Shown: positions 41,021 through 51,228 of the stretch, piece after piece
How the letters are laid out: the number at the start of each line of letters is the position of its first letter
Position numbering within the stretch: the stretch's first letter is position 1
Assembly (NCBI GenBank): GCA_963738325.1
Contig: CAVTWD010000015.1
Coordinates: forward strand, 30,767 to 94,766
DNA: 64,000 nt
Origin: an uncultured Acidimicrobiales bacterium
GTDB lineage: Bacteria > Actinomycetota > Acidimicrobiia > Acidimicrobiales > Ilumatobacteraceae
Direction of reading: 5' to 3'
Notes under the pieces: generated by a model
Database searches by the model: none
What the model was told of the DNA's origin: nothing
The model's input: only the letters and a program-made list of their open reading frames with translations
Program-made: the position numbers and the translations under genes

Positions 41021-41805
41021 ATGGGGATCCCCGTCACCGTCGTCGACGCCTTCACCGATCAGCCCTTCGCCGGCAACCCGGCGGCCGTCTGCCGCTTGCG
41101 CGAGCCGGCCCCGGAAGCGTGGATGCAACGAGTCGCCACTGAGATGAACCTCTCCGAGACCGCCTTCGTGGTGGCCGACGACGATGGGAGCTACGGCTTG
41201 CGTTGGTTCACGCCCGTCGCCGAGGTGGATCTGTGCGGCCACGCCACGTTGGCGTCGGCGTACGTCCTCGGCGGCACGCCCCGCTTCGTCACCCGCAGCG
41301 GCGTCCTCGCCTGCCGCACGGCGACCGACGGTTGGATCGAGATGGACTTCCCGGCCTTGCCCCGTCACCCATCGCCCACGACGGGTCGCTGGCGCGGGCG
41401 CTCGGCACCGACGACCTCTACACCGTGGCCCGCAGCCGCTTCGACCTGTTGGTCGAGCTCGGGTCGGGCGACGGCGTCCGGCGCCTCGAGCCCGACCTCC
41501 GAGCGCTGCGCAACCTCGAGGCTCGGGGCGTGATCGTGACCGCGCCAGGCGACCGTCCCGGCATCGATTGCGTGAGCCGGTTGTTCGCGCCCGCCTTCGG
41601 GGTCGGCGAAGACCCCGTCACCGGCTCGGCGCACTGCGTACTCGCCCCCTTCTGGGCCGAACGAGTAGGGCGCGCCGATCTCGTCGGTGAACAGGCTTCG
41701 GCGCGCGGCGGCATCGTCCGGATGCACCTCGAGGGCGATCGCGTGCTCCTCGGCGGGCGCGCCGTCATGGTGTGGGAGGGCACGCTGCTCGTCGAACCGT
41801 CGTGA
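41021..41805 (+). pseudogene. PhzF-family isomerase with a frameshift near 41345
   Basis: The N-terminus MGIPVTVVDAFTDQPFAGNPAAVC and the C-terminus ...DPVTGSAHCVLAPFWAERVGRADLVGEQASARGGIV... are in different frames. Confidence 0.7.
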
Positions 41806-41828
41806 GTCCGGTCCTAGAGTCGCGGGCG

Positions 41829-42843
41829 ATGACGACGAACCGCAGGATCGTGTTGGCCCGCCGCCCGGTCGGCGCCATCGAGCGCGATGTCTTCCGGCTC
41901 GAGGCCGAGGAGCTCGCCCCGGTCAAGGAAGGGGAGGCTCGCGCTCGCGTCGTCTACGTGTCGGTCGACCCGGCCATGCGAGGCTGGCTCGACGAGGGCG
42001 ACACCTACCTGCCCGCGGTGAAGATCGGCGAGGTGATGCGGGCGGTGGGCGTCGGCGAGGTGGTCGACTCGCGCAACGAGCGCTACCCGGAGGGCGCGCT
42101 CGTGAGCGGGCTGATGGGCTGGCAGGACTACGTCACCATCGGGAAGGCCAACCCGGCGCGGCCGTTGCTGCCCGGCGTCTCGCCGCAGTCGGCCGTCGGC
42201 GTGCTCGGCCCGACCGGGCTGACCGCGTACTTCGGCCTTCTTGAGATCGGCAGGCCCCAGCCCGCGGAGACGGTGCTGGTGTCGGGCGCGGCCGGCGCCA
42301 CGGGGTCGGTGGCCGGCCAGATCGCCAAGATCGTCGGTTGCCGTGTGGTGGGCGTCGCCGGCGGACCCGAGAAGTGCTCCTGGCTCGTCGACGACCTTGG
42401 CTTCGACGGCGCCATCGACTACAAGTCCGCCAACGTCGCCCGGCGCCTCGCGGAGACCTGCCCGAACGGTGTCGACATCTTCTTCGACAACGTGGGCGGC
42501 CCGATCCTCGAGGCCGCGTTGGACGTGATCAACCTGCGTGCTCGGGTCGTGCTCTGCGGCGGCATCGCCGGCTACAACACCGCCGAGCCCCCGCCCGGCC
42601 CGCGCAACTACATGCAGCTCGTGCTCAAGCGCGGCTCGCATGGAGGGCTTCATCGTCCTCGACTTCGTCAGGCGCTTCGACGAGGCGGCCCAGCAGCTGG
42701 CGGCCTGGATGGGTGAGGGCCGGCTCAAGGAGCGCAACCAGGTGATCGAGGGCCTGGAGCGGGCGCCCGACGCGCTCTTGATGCTGTTCCGCGGCGCGAA
42801 CACGGGCAAGCTGATGGTCCAGATCGGCCCCGAGCCGAGCTGA
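41829..42843 (+). pseudogene. NADP-dependent oxidoreductase (MDR family, YncB/prostaglandin-reductase-like) with a frameshift near 42640
   Basis: GAAGATGSVAGQIAKIVG is in the first frame. The C-terminus MEGFIVLDF...GKLMVQIGPEPS is in a second frame. Confidence 0.7.
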
Positions 42844-43095
42844 CTCCCGCGAGATCGGGGGCCGGTGGCGACACGTCGTTCTGGCGCGCGCAGGGCCTGC
42901 GGCGCGCCAAGTCGCCTGCCGAGGAAGTCGACCGCGCCCATCCCGTCCTCCTTCGCGAACCCTCAGCGGCGCCGGCGTCCCCTCCCGCCGGCACGGCCGG
43001 CTCGCGCGATGTTCCCGTGAAGTGGTCGCGGCCCGACGATCGCGAACGGCGCCAGGCGGTGGTGGACGATCGCCCATCCGGGCCCGTCGACCGAA

Positions 43096-44073
43096 TCAGC
43101 CGAAGACGTCGATCAGGATCTTCCCGACGTTGACGTTGGCCTCCATGGCGCGGTGCGCCACCGCAATCTCGTCGAAGGGGTAGCGGCGGTCGATCACGGG
43201 GACGAGGGCGCCGGACTCGAACAGCGGCACCACTTCCCGGATGAAGCGTTGGCTCAGCGCGATCTTCTCTTCGAGCGGCCGGGCCCGCAGGACGGTGCCG
43301 ACGAGGCGGACCCGCTTCGTGAGGAGAGCCCCCAGGTTGATCGAGGCGGCGCCCCCGCCCATGAGGCCGACCTGCACGATCGCGCCCTGTGGGGCGACGA
43401 CCTCCAGGTTGCGGGCCAGCTCGTCGCCGCCGATCACGTCGAGCACCACGTCAAAGCCCGGCGGCACCGCGGCGTGGGCGTCGTCGGCCCACGGATGGGG
43501 TGAGCGCTCGAAGACCCAGTCGGCCCCGAGGATCCGGCACGCCTCGGCCTTCGCCGCCGAGCAGGTGACGGCCACCCGGGCGCCGAGGGCTCTCGCCAGC
43601 TGGATGGCGGCGGTGCCCACCCCGCTGGCGCCGGCGTGCACGAGGGCGCGGCGGCCCGAGGTGAGGCCGCCCTGGAGCACCAACGCGTCCCAGGCGGTGA
43701 GGAACGCCTCGGGGATCGCCGCAGCATCGGCCAGAGGCACGGTCTGGGGCACCGGGATCAGCTGGCGCTCGTGGACGGCGACCCGCTCGGCGTATCCCCC
43801 GCCACTGATGATCCCCATGACGTGCGCCCCGACTTCGACCTCGCGGGCCCGTTCCCCCACCGCCACGACGGTGCCGGAGAACTCCAGGCCGGGGATCTCC
43901 AGCTCCGCGGCCGGCCCGGAGTACAGGCCCATGCGTTGCAAGACGTCGGCCCGGTTGAGCGCGGTCGCCCGGATGGCGACCAGTGCCTCCTCCGGCCCTG
44001 GGACGGGATCGGCGACGTCCTCGATCCGCAGGACCTCGGGGCCGCCGTGGTCCCGGAGCACGACGGCGCGCAT
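43096..44073 (-). CDS. NAD(P)H:quinone oxidoreductase (zeta-crystallin/Qor-like MDR)
   Basis: MRAVVLRDHGGPEVLRIEDVADP...HAGASGVGTAAIQLARALGARV; intact. Confidence 0.85.
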   Translation of the reverse strand: MRAVVLRDHGGPEVLRIEDVADPVPGPEEALVAIRATALNRADVLQRMGLYSGPAAELEIPGLEFSGTVVAVGERAREVEVGAHVMGIISGGGYAERVAVHERQLIPVPQTVPLADAAAIPEAFLTAWDALVLQGGLTSGRRALVHAGASGVGTAAIQLARALGARVAVTCSAAKAEACRILGADWVFERSPHPWADDAHAAVPPGFDVVLDVIGGDELARNLEVVAPQGAIVQVGLMGGGAASINLGALLTKRVRLVGTVLRARPLEEKIALSQRFIREVVPLFESGALVPVIDRRYPFDEIAVAHRAMEANVNVGKILIDVFG

Positions 44074-44181
44074 CGGGCGGCAGTCTGCCAGGCGCAGCCA
44101 ACCCGGTCGATAAATCCCGCCGTGGCCCCTGGCCTGCGCTCCGACCGAGCGGCCCCGTCAGTCGTCTCCTAGAGTGGTGGC

Positions 44182-45123
44182 ATGCCCGCGTGGAGTGACG
44201 CCGACATCCCGGACCAGGCCGGGCGCGTCGTGGTGGTCACCGGGGCGACCAGCGGGCTCGGCCGCCAGACGGCGCTCGCCCTGGCCCGGCGAGGGGCAAG
44301 CGTGACGCTCGCCGTGCGAGACGCCGACCGAGGCGCGGCGGCCAAGGGCTTCATCAAGCGGGAGGTACCCGCGGCGGACGTCTCGGTCGGCCTGGTCGAC
44401 CTGGCCTCCCTGGCCTCGGTGGCCGACTTCGCCGCCGAGTTCGTCGGGACGCACCCCGGCGTGGACGTGCTCGTGAACAACGCCGGGGTCATGGCCCTGC
44501 CCCGGCGCACCACCGTCGACGGCTTCGAGCTGCAGTTCGCCACCAACCATCTCGGCCACTTCGCGCTCACGGGGAGGCTGCTGCCCCTGCTGCTCGCTCG
44601 GCCCGGCGCGCGCGTGGTCACCGTGAGCAGCGGCGCCGCCCAGATGGGGCGCATGCACTTCTCCGACCTCGAGGGCGAGCGCCGCTACCAGCGCTGGATG
44701 GCCTACGCCCAGTCGAAGCTCGCCAATCTCCTCTTCGCCTTCGAGCTCGACCGTCGGGTCCGTGCCGCCGGGGTCGACCTCGTGAGCGTCGCCGCCCATC
44801 CCGGGTACGCCGCCACCAACCTCCAGGCCGTGGGTCCGAGGATGACCGGGAACATGATCGCCGAGCGCATGGCCGACTTCGGCAACCGCCTGGTCGCCCA
44901 GTCCGATGCGCAGGGCGCCCTCCCGCAGCTCTACGCGGCGACGGCCCCCGGCGTGCAAGGCGGCGACTACTTCGGGCCCGATGGCCTCTTCGGGCTGCGC
45001 GGGGCCCCGACCAAGGTGCGGCCGCCCGGCCGAGCGCTCGATGCCGCCGCGGCCCACCTGCTCTGGGATCGCTCCGAAGAGCTGACCGAGGTTCGCTATC
45101 GGGAGCTCGACGCCTCCGCGTGA
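44182..45123 (+). CDS. SDR-family oxidoreductase
   Basis: VVVTGATSGLGR ... NNAG ... YAQSKLAN (catalytic YxxxK). Confidence 0.85.
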   Translation: MPAWSDADIPDQAGRVVVVTGATSGLGRQTALALARRGASVTLAVRDADRGAAAKGFIKREVPAADVSVGLVDLASLASVADFAAEFVGTHPGVDVLVNNAGVMALPRRTTVDGFELQFATNHLGHFALTGRLLPLLLARPGARVVTVSSGAAQMGRMHFSDLEGERRYQRWMAYAQSKLANLLFAFELDRRVRAAGVDLVSVAAHPGYAATNLQAVGPRMTGNMIAERMADFGNRLVAQSDAQGALPQLYAATAPGVQGGDYFGPDGLFGLRGAPTKVRPPGRALDAAAAHLLWDRSEELTEVRYRELDASA

Positions 45124-45200
45124 GCGGCCGCGCTTCTGTCCGCCACACCCCTGTCCGGAAGAACTTGAACCGGGGAGCGCGCTCGACGGCTCATCCCGGT

Positions 45201-45695
45201 TCAAGTTCGCGGGGAGAGCTCCAACACGAACCCGAGCAGGCGGATGTTCGGGACGGGCAGCCAGTCGAGGTCCGGTCGGCGGACGAAGCCGAGGCGGCCG
45301 TAGAGCTCGTGGGCGCGGGTCATCCAGGGCGTCGAGTGGATCATGACCCGGGCCCGCCCCTCGCCGCGCGCCCGTTCGATGCACCAACGCACGAGCGCCC
45401 CGCCGGCCCCGCCGCCTTGACGCAGGGGATCCACCGCGAGCATCCGGAAACCACACGCCTCCGGATCGTCGAACTCTGCGAACGCGTTCGTCTGGTCGGG
45501 CACGTACGTGACGCAACCGACGACGTCGGGGTCGAGGGCGACCGCCACCACCGCGGCCGAAGCGCGCCCGGCGACATCGACCAGCTCCCGCTCGTAGGCG
45601 GGCTCGGACACGTAGCCGGGCAGGTCGCGATAGGCCTGGAGCACGATGTTGGCGGCGCGCTCCCACTCTTCCGGACGTACCTCGCGCACGAACAC
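45201..45695 (-). CDS. GNAT-family N-acetyltransferase
   Basis: CoA-binding motif RQGGGAGGALVRWCIERAR. Confidence 0.75.
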   Translation of the reverse strand: MFVREVRPEEWERAANIVLQAYRDLPGYVSEPAYERELVDVAGRASAAVVAVALDPDVVGCVTYVPDQTNAFAEFDDPEACGFRMLAVDPLRQGGGAGGALVRWCIERARGEGRARVMIHSTPWMTRAHELYGRLGFVRRPDLDWLPVPNIRLLGFVLELSPRT

Positions 45696-45755
45696 CGGAC
45701 AAATCTAGGATGCCGAGGTTCTCGCAGACCGCCCCACGCCTAGGAGGCACACCCC

Positions 45756-46952
<1,197 letters not shown>

Positions 46953-46957
46953 CGGCC

Positions 46958-46978
46958 AAGGGGGGAAGGCCCCCCAGC
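46958..46978 (+). terminator. GC hairpin GGGGGG-aagg-CCCCCC followed by AGCTTT, 6 nt after the icd stop
   Basis: Perfect 6-bp G/C stem with a short T-containing tail. Confidence 0.5.
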
Positions 46979-47218
46979 TTTGGACTCGAGCGGCGGACGG
47001 TGACACCGAACCAGGCGGCTGACCGTACCGCGGAAGGCGCTCGTTCGGGTGACCCCTTCGGGAGCGGGGGAGGACCAGTCCTGCCTTCCGATCCTCCCAC
47101 CCACAGAGCTCCGGTCGAGCGCGCGCATCTACCCCTGGAAAGCCCGCCGCGCAGACCGCTACACTCCGCGTTCACGTCGGCGGCGAGGCGGGCCCCGCCG
47201 GCCAGGACGGAGGCGGAG

Positions 47219-48367
47219 ATGCGCTCGTTGGCGGCTGCTGTTGCTGGCCTTTCTCTCGTCGTCGGCCTCGCCGCGCCCGCCGCGGCGGCCACGGTGAGCA
47301 CTGCACCACGGGCCACGGGGGGCACCTCCGGCGGCCAGGTGAACGCCCTCGATGTGAGCGGCACGACCGCCTACGCGGGCGGGACCTTCACGTCGCTCGC
47401 CGACGCCTCGCCCGGGACGGGCACGGTCAACGCGAAGTTCCTCGCCCGCTTCAACGAGGCGACGGCTGCCGTGGACAAGACCTGGAAGCCGACACCCGCG
47501 CCAGCCAGCGCGGTGTTGTCGGTGAAGGTGGCCGGTGGCCTCGCGTGGGCTGGCGGCGCGTTCGGCGTGGCCGGTTACGACCTCACGACGGGTGCCCGCC
47601 GCGTCTCGTTCGGCTGCGGCACCGTGAAGGCGCTTGCCACCGCTGGCTCGTTGCTGTACGTGGGCGGTGCCTTCTCGACGTGCAACGGCGTGGCTCGTTC
47701 GAACCTCGCCGCCGTCGACCTCTCGCTGACGAAACCAGCCGTCACGTCCGCCTGGAAGGTGACCGCCAACTCCGCCGTGCTCTCCCTCGACACCGACGGG
47801 ACCACGTTGGCCGTGGGCGGGAAGTTCACGAAGATCGCCGGCCAGGTGCGAGATGGTGTCGCCCTCCTGCCCGCGACCTGCGCCGGGCCCTGCGTCGTGC
47901 AGCCGCAGGACTTCGGTGCCGCGCCGGTGGACGCCGACCGCGTGAAGGCGCAAGGGCGCGCCATCGGGCTGGCGTTCGGCCGCGTGGCCGTAGCGTGGGG
48001 CTTCAGCGAGGTCAACGCCGTCTACCTGTACTCGGCGACGGACGGGTCGCTGACGATGACGCTCGAGGCCCCCAGCGGCGACATCCAGGCCGTGGCCCAC
48101 GGCCACGGCACGTGGTACTTCGGCGGGCACTGGGACTACACCTGCCCCCACGCCGTGCCGTGTGACCCGACGTTCAACGGCGAACCGGCGATGTACCTTG
48201 CCGCTTTCGACGATGCCAAGCTCACGAATCTGGCCTTCCCGTCGGCCACCAAGGTGACCTTCCCCGGCGTGCTGGCATTGGCGGTGGCGGGGACCGACGT
48301 GCTCGCGGCCGGCAAGCTCGGCCAGATCGACGGCGTCACAGTGAAGAACATCGTTCGCATCGTCTGA
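47219..48367 (+). CDS. secreted hypothetical protein (signal peptide, Gly/Thr-rich, conserved Cys pairs)
   Basis: Starts MRSLAAAVAGLSLVVGLAAPAAAA with SD GGAGGCGGAG. Preceded by a 266-bp GC-rich leader. Confidence 0.6.
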   Translation: MRSLAAAVAGLSLVVGLAAPAAAATVSTAPRATGGTSGGQVNALDVSGTTAYAGGTFTSLADASPGTGTVNAKFLARFNEATAAVDKTWKPTPAPASAVLSVKVAGGLAWAGGAFGVAGYDLTTGARRVSFGCGTVKALATAGSLLYVGGAFSTCNGVARSNLAAVDLSLTKPAVTSAWKVTANSAVLSLDTDGTTLAVGGKFTKIAGQVRDGVALLPATCAGPCVVQPQDFGAAPVDADRVKAQGRAIGLAFGRVAVAWGFSEVNAVYLYSATDGSLTMTLEAPSGDIQAVAHGHGTWYFGGHWDYTCPHAVPCDPTFNGEPAMYLAAFDDAKLTNLAFPSATKVTFPGVLALAVAGTDVLAAGKLGQIDGVTVKNIVRIV

Positions 48368-48447
48368 AGCGGCCCTCACGGCCCATTCCGCGCGGTTGAG
48401 CGGCGTCCTACGACGCTCAACCGCGTCAGATCGCTCTCGGTGAGCTT

Positions 48448-49302
48448 CTAGGCCGGCGGCGGTGGCGGAGGGAGTGGGTCTCCTGGGCGCGCCGGCGGGG
48501 TGTCGGGCGGTGCCGGGCTCGGCGGCGGCGGCATTTGCCCCGGTGGGACGGTGCCCGGCGGGTACGGCGCGCCCGGATAGGGAGCACCCGGGTAGGGCGC
48601 CCCGGGATACGCGTACGGGTAGCCGGGGGTGCCGTAGGGCACCTGGCCCGGCGGCAGAGGCCGGCGCTTCGCCCCGAACACGACGAGCAGGATGCCACCG
48701 ACGAGGAAGACCAGGCCCACGGCCAGCAGCGCGAGCGCGACCGGGAAGATCCACGGGATCTCGATGCCGAGCCGGCCGGACACCTGGACGCTCGGCGAGC
48801 CGTCGCTGTTCATCACGACCACCTGGTAGGTGCCCGTCTTGATCTCCCAGTCGATGGTCTGCTGCCCCGAGCCCTGCGCCTTGGCCGCCCAGAAGCTCTG
48901 CTCGCCGGGCGGCGGCGGGGTCTTGGTGCCAGGGACGGGCGTGAGCTGGTACCGGAACGGCGCGAAGCGGACGTTGTCGATGCGCTCGCGGTCGACCCCG
49001 TCGAGGTACTGCGTCACGTCGGACGCCGGACCGATCCCGACGAAGAGCTGCTTGCCGTTGGTCGACGCGAGCTGCAGGCGGAGCTTCACGCCGGCCACGT
49101 CGTGCCCGGGTGTGTCGCCGCTCACGTCGGCCGTGGCCGAGACGAGGGCGCGACTCGTCGTGTTGATCTGCTCGGTGCCGCTCGTGAACCGGCCGTCCGG
49201 GCCGAACACGATGGCGAGCGCCGCCCCTCCGATGAGCAGAGGGAGGCACAGCACCAGGGCGATGATGCCCAGGACGATCATCCAGGTTCTGCGCTTCCCC
49301 AC
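48448..49302 (-). CDS. membrane protein with two TM helices and a Pro-rich C-terminal tail (GAPYP x3)
   Basis: N-terminal TM, periplasmic domain, second TM, then PGYPYAYPGAPYPGAPYPGAPYPPG...PPPPPPA. Confidence 0.6.
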   Translation of the reverse strand: MGKRRTWMIVLGIIALVLCLPLLIGGAALAIVFGPDGRFTSGTEQINTTSRALVSATADVSGDTPGHDVAGVKLRLQLASTNGKQLFVGIGPASDVTQYLDGVDRERIDNVRFAPFRYQLTPVPGTKTPPPPGEQSFWAAKAQGSGQQTIDWEIKTGTYQVVVMNSDGSPSVQVSGRLGIEIPWIFPVALALLAVGLVFLVGGILLVVFGAKRRPLPPGQVPYGTPGYPYAYPGAPYPGAPYPGAPYPPGTVPPGQMPPPPSPAPPDTPPARPGDPLPPPPPPA

Positions 49303-49433
49303 GCTCGACCTCCTTGGCGGCGATCACCTTACCGAGGGCGCACCGGAGGCTCGGGGATGACGCGCCGGTGCGGTCACCCACGCTCGCTGCTGCTCGGCGG
49401 TCGGCCGCCGCCGACTTGCCTAGCCTGCCGCCC

Positions 49434-50540
49434 ATGGACTTCGACTGGTCGCCGGCCCTCCGAGCCCTGCGGGCCGAGGCCGAGGAGGTCGCCGACCAGG
49501 CGGTCGCCAGCTACGGCAGGCACGACGACGCCTGGATCAACGGGTACTCGCGCGAGTTCTCCCGTGAGCTCGGCCGGCGGGGCTGGATCGGCATGACCTG
49601 GCCGGTGGAGGTGGGCGGAGGCGGTCACAGCGTCCTCGAGCGCTTCGTCGTCACGGAGGCCCTGATCGAACGCGGCGCGCCGATCGCGGCATCGTGGTTC
49701 GCGGACCGCCAGATGGGTCCCACCCTCATCGCCTACGGCAGCGACGACCAGAAGCGCCGCTTCCTCCCCGGCATCCTGGCTGGCGAGACCGGCTGGTGCA
49801 TCGGGATGAGCGAACCCGACTCAGGCTCGGACCTCGCCTCCCTGCGGACCCGCGCCGAGCGAGACGGCGACGAGTTCGTGATCAATGGGCACAAGACGTG
49901 GACGAGCTTCGGCGAGACCGCGGACTTCTGCTACCTGATCTGCCGGACCTCGACCGAAGGGCCGCCCCACGCCGGCATCTCCGAGGTCATCGTGCCGCTC
50001 GACACGCCCGGCATCACCATCCGGGCCATCGAGGACATGACGACGAACCGGCACTTCTGCGAGGTCTGGTACGAGGACGTGCGCGTGCCGGTCGCCAACA
50101 TGGTGGGCACGGAGGGCGGGTCGTGGAAGCAGACCATGCGCCAGCTCGAGCACGAGCGCGGCGGCATCGACCGGCTCGTGTCGAACCGGGCCGTGTACCT
50201 CGAGGCCCGGGCGCGGGCGGACACGTCCGATCCGCGAGTGCGCCAGGACATCGCCGCCCTCGAGTCCTCATACCGACTCGGCCGGCTGCTCGTGCTACGC
50301 GAGACGCTCGATCAGGGGCCGCGCTCGTTCTCGGCGGCCACGAAGGCGTTCTGCACCGAGCACGAGCAGCGCGTGGCGCAGTTCGCCGCCCGCAGCTTCG
50401 GCCCCGACGCGACGGTCTGGGGCCGCGTCGCGCGGGCTGCGTGCTACGCGCCGGCGTACACGATCATGGGCGGGACATCGAACGTGCTGCGCAACATCAT
50501 CGGTGAGCGCGTGCTCGGACTGCCCCGGGAGCCGTCCTGA
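49434..50540 (+). CDS. acyl-CoA dehydrogenase family protein
   Basis: GWCIGMSEPDSGSDLASL ... catalytic-base region. Confidence 0.85.
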   Translation: MDFDWSPALRALRAEAEEVADQAVASYGRHDDAWINGYSREFSRELGRRGWIGMTWPVEVGGGGHSVLERFVVTEALIERGAPIAASWFADRQMGPTLIAYGSDDQKRRFLPGILAGETGWCIGMSEPDSGSDLASLRTRAERDGDEFVINGHKTWTSFGETADFCYLICRTSTEGPPHAGISEVIVPLDTPGITIRAIEDMTTNRHFCEVWYEDVRVPVANMVGTEGGSWKQTMRQLEHERGGIDRLVSNRAVYLEARARADTSDPRVRQDIAALESSYRLGRLLVLRETLDQGPRSFSAATKAFCTEHEQRVAQFAARSFGPDATVWGRVARAACYAPAYTIMGGTSNVLRNIIGERVLGLPREPS

Positions 50541-50552
50541 CCCCGAGCTCGC

Positions 50553-51071
50553 TCAGGCGTCGTCGGGCTCGGGCCGCCGACGGGTCCACACCAGCGCAAC
50601 CGCACCGAGGCCGACGAGGGCGACACCAACCCCGCCGAGCAACGCGGTGTCGCCGCCCGTGGCCGGCAACCGAGCGGGCAGCGCCTTCACGGTCGCCTTG
50701 GACGGCGACTTCGGCACGTGCGCGTGGGGATGGGCCGCGGGGGCGGCGGCCGGGGTCGTGGGCACCGCCGTCGTCGGCGTCGTCACGACGGTCGGCTCGG
50801 TGGGCGGCGTCGTCACCTCGGTGGGCGGCGTCGTGACCTCGGTGGGCGGCGTGGTCGGCTCGGTCGCCTCGGTGGGCGTCGTCGCCTCCGTCGGCGTCGT
50901 CACCTCGGTCTCCAGTGGGTTGGCCTCGGTGGGCGCGGTCTGCGCCCAGGCGCTGGTGGCCAAGGCCCCGACGCCGGCGACACCGAGCGTCGCCGCCACC
51001 ATCATCTGAACTCCGGCTCGAACCAGCCTCCGCCGGCCGGTCCGGCCGTGTTGCTCGCCCGCCTGCTCCAT
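50553..51071 (-). CDS. LPXTG-type cell-wall-anchored surface protein with TTPPTEV repeats
   Basis: Signal peptide, Thr/Pro/Glu repeats, then LPATGG followed by a hydrophobic stretch and RRRPEPDDA. Confidence 0.6.
   Translation of the reverse strand: MEQAGEQHGRTGRRRLVRAGVQMMVAATLGVAGVGALATSAWAQTAPTEANPLETEVTTPTEATTPTEATEPTTPPTEVTTPPTEVTTPPTEPTVVTTPTTAVPTTPAAAPAAHPHAHVPKSPSKATVKALPARLPATGGDTALLGGVGVALVGLGAVALVWTRRRPEPDDA
50740..50930. repeat. tandem repeats of about 27 bp encoding TTPPTEV units
   Basis: ggcggcgtcgtgacctcggtgggc-like units repeated about 5 times. Confidence 0.6.
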
Positions 51072-51228
51072 GCCCTCACGCTCCGTCGTATGGTGCCCTC
51101 GGTCCGGCGACCGACGCCCGCGCACCGTTGGACCCGCAGTGTGCGACGGAGCGCGGTCACCGGCCCATAGTGCAGACGGCTCATCCTGGGACTTCGGTGT
51201 GCGCTCGCCCACGGAGCGTGGTTATCCC

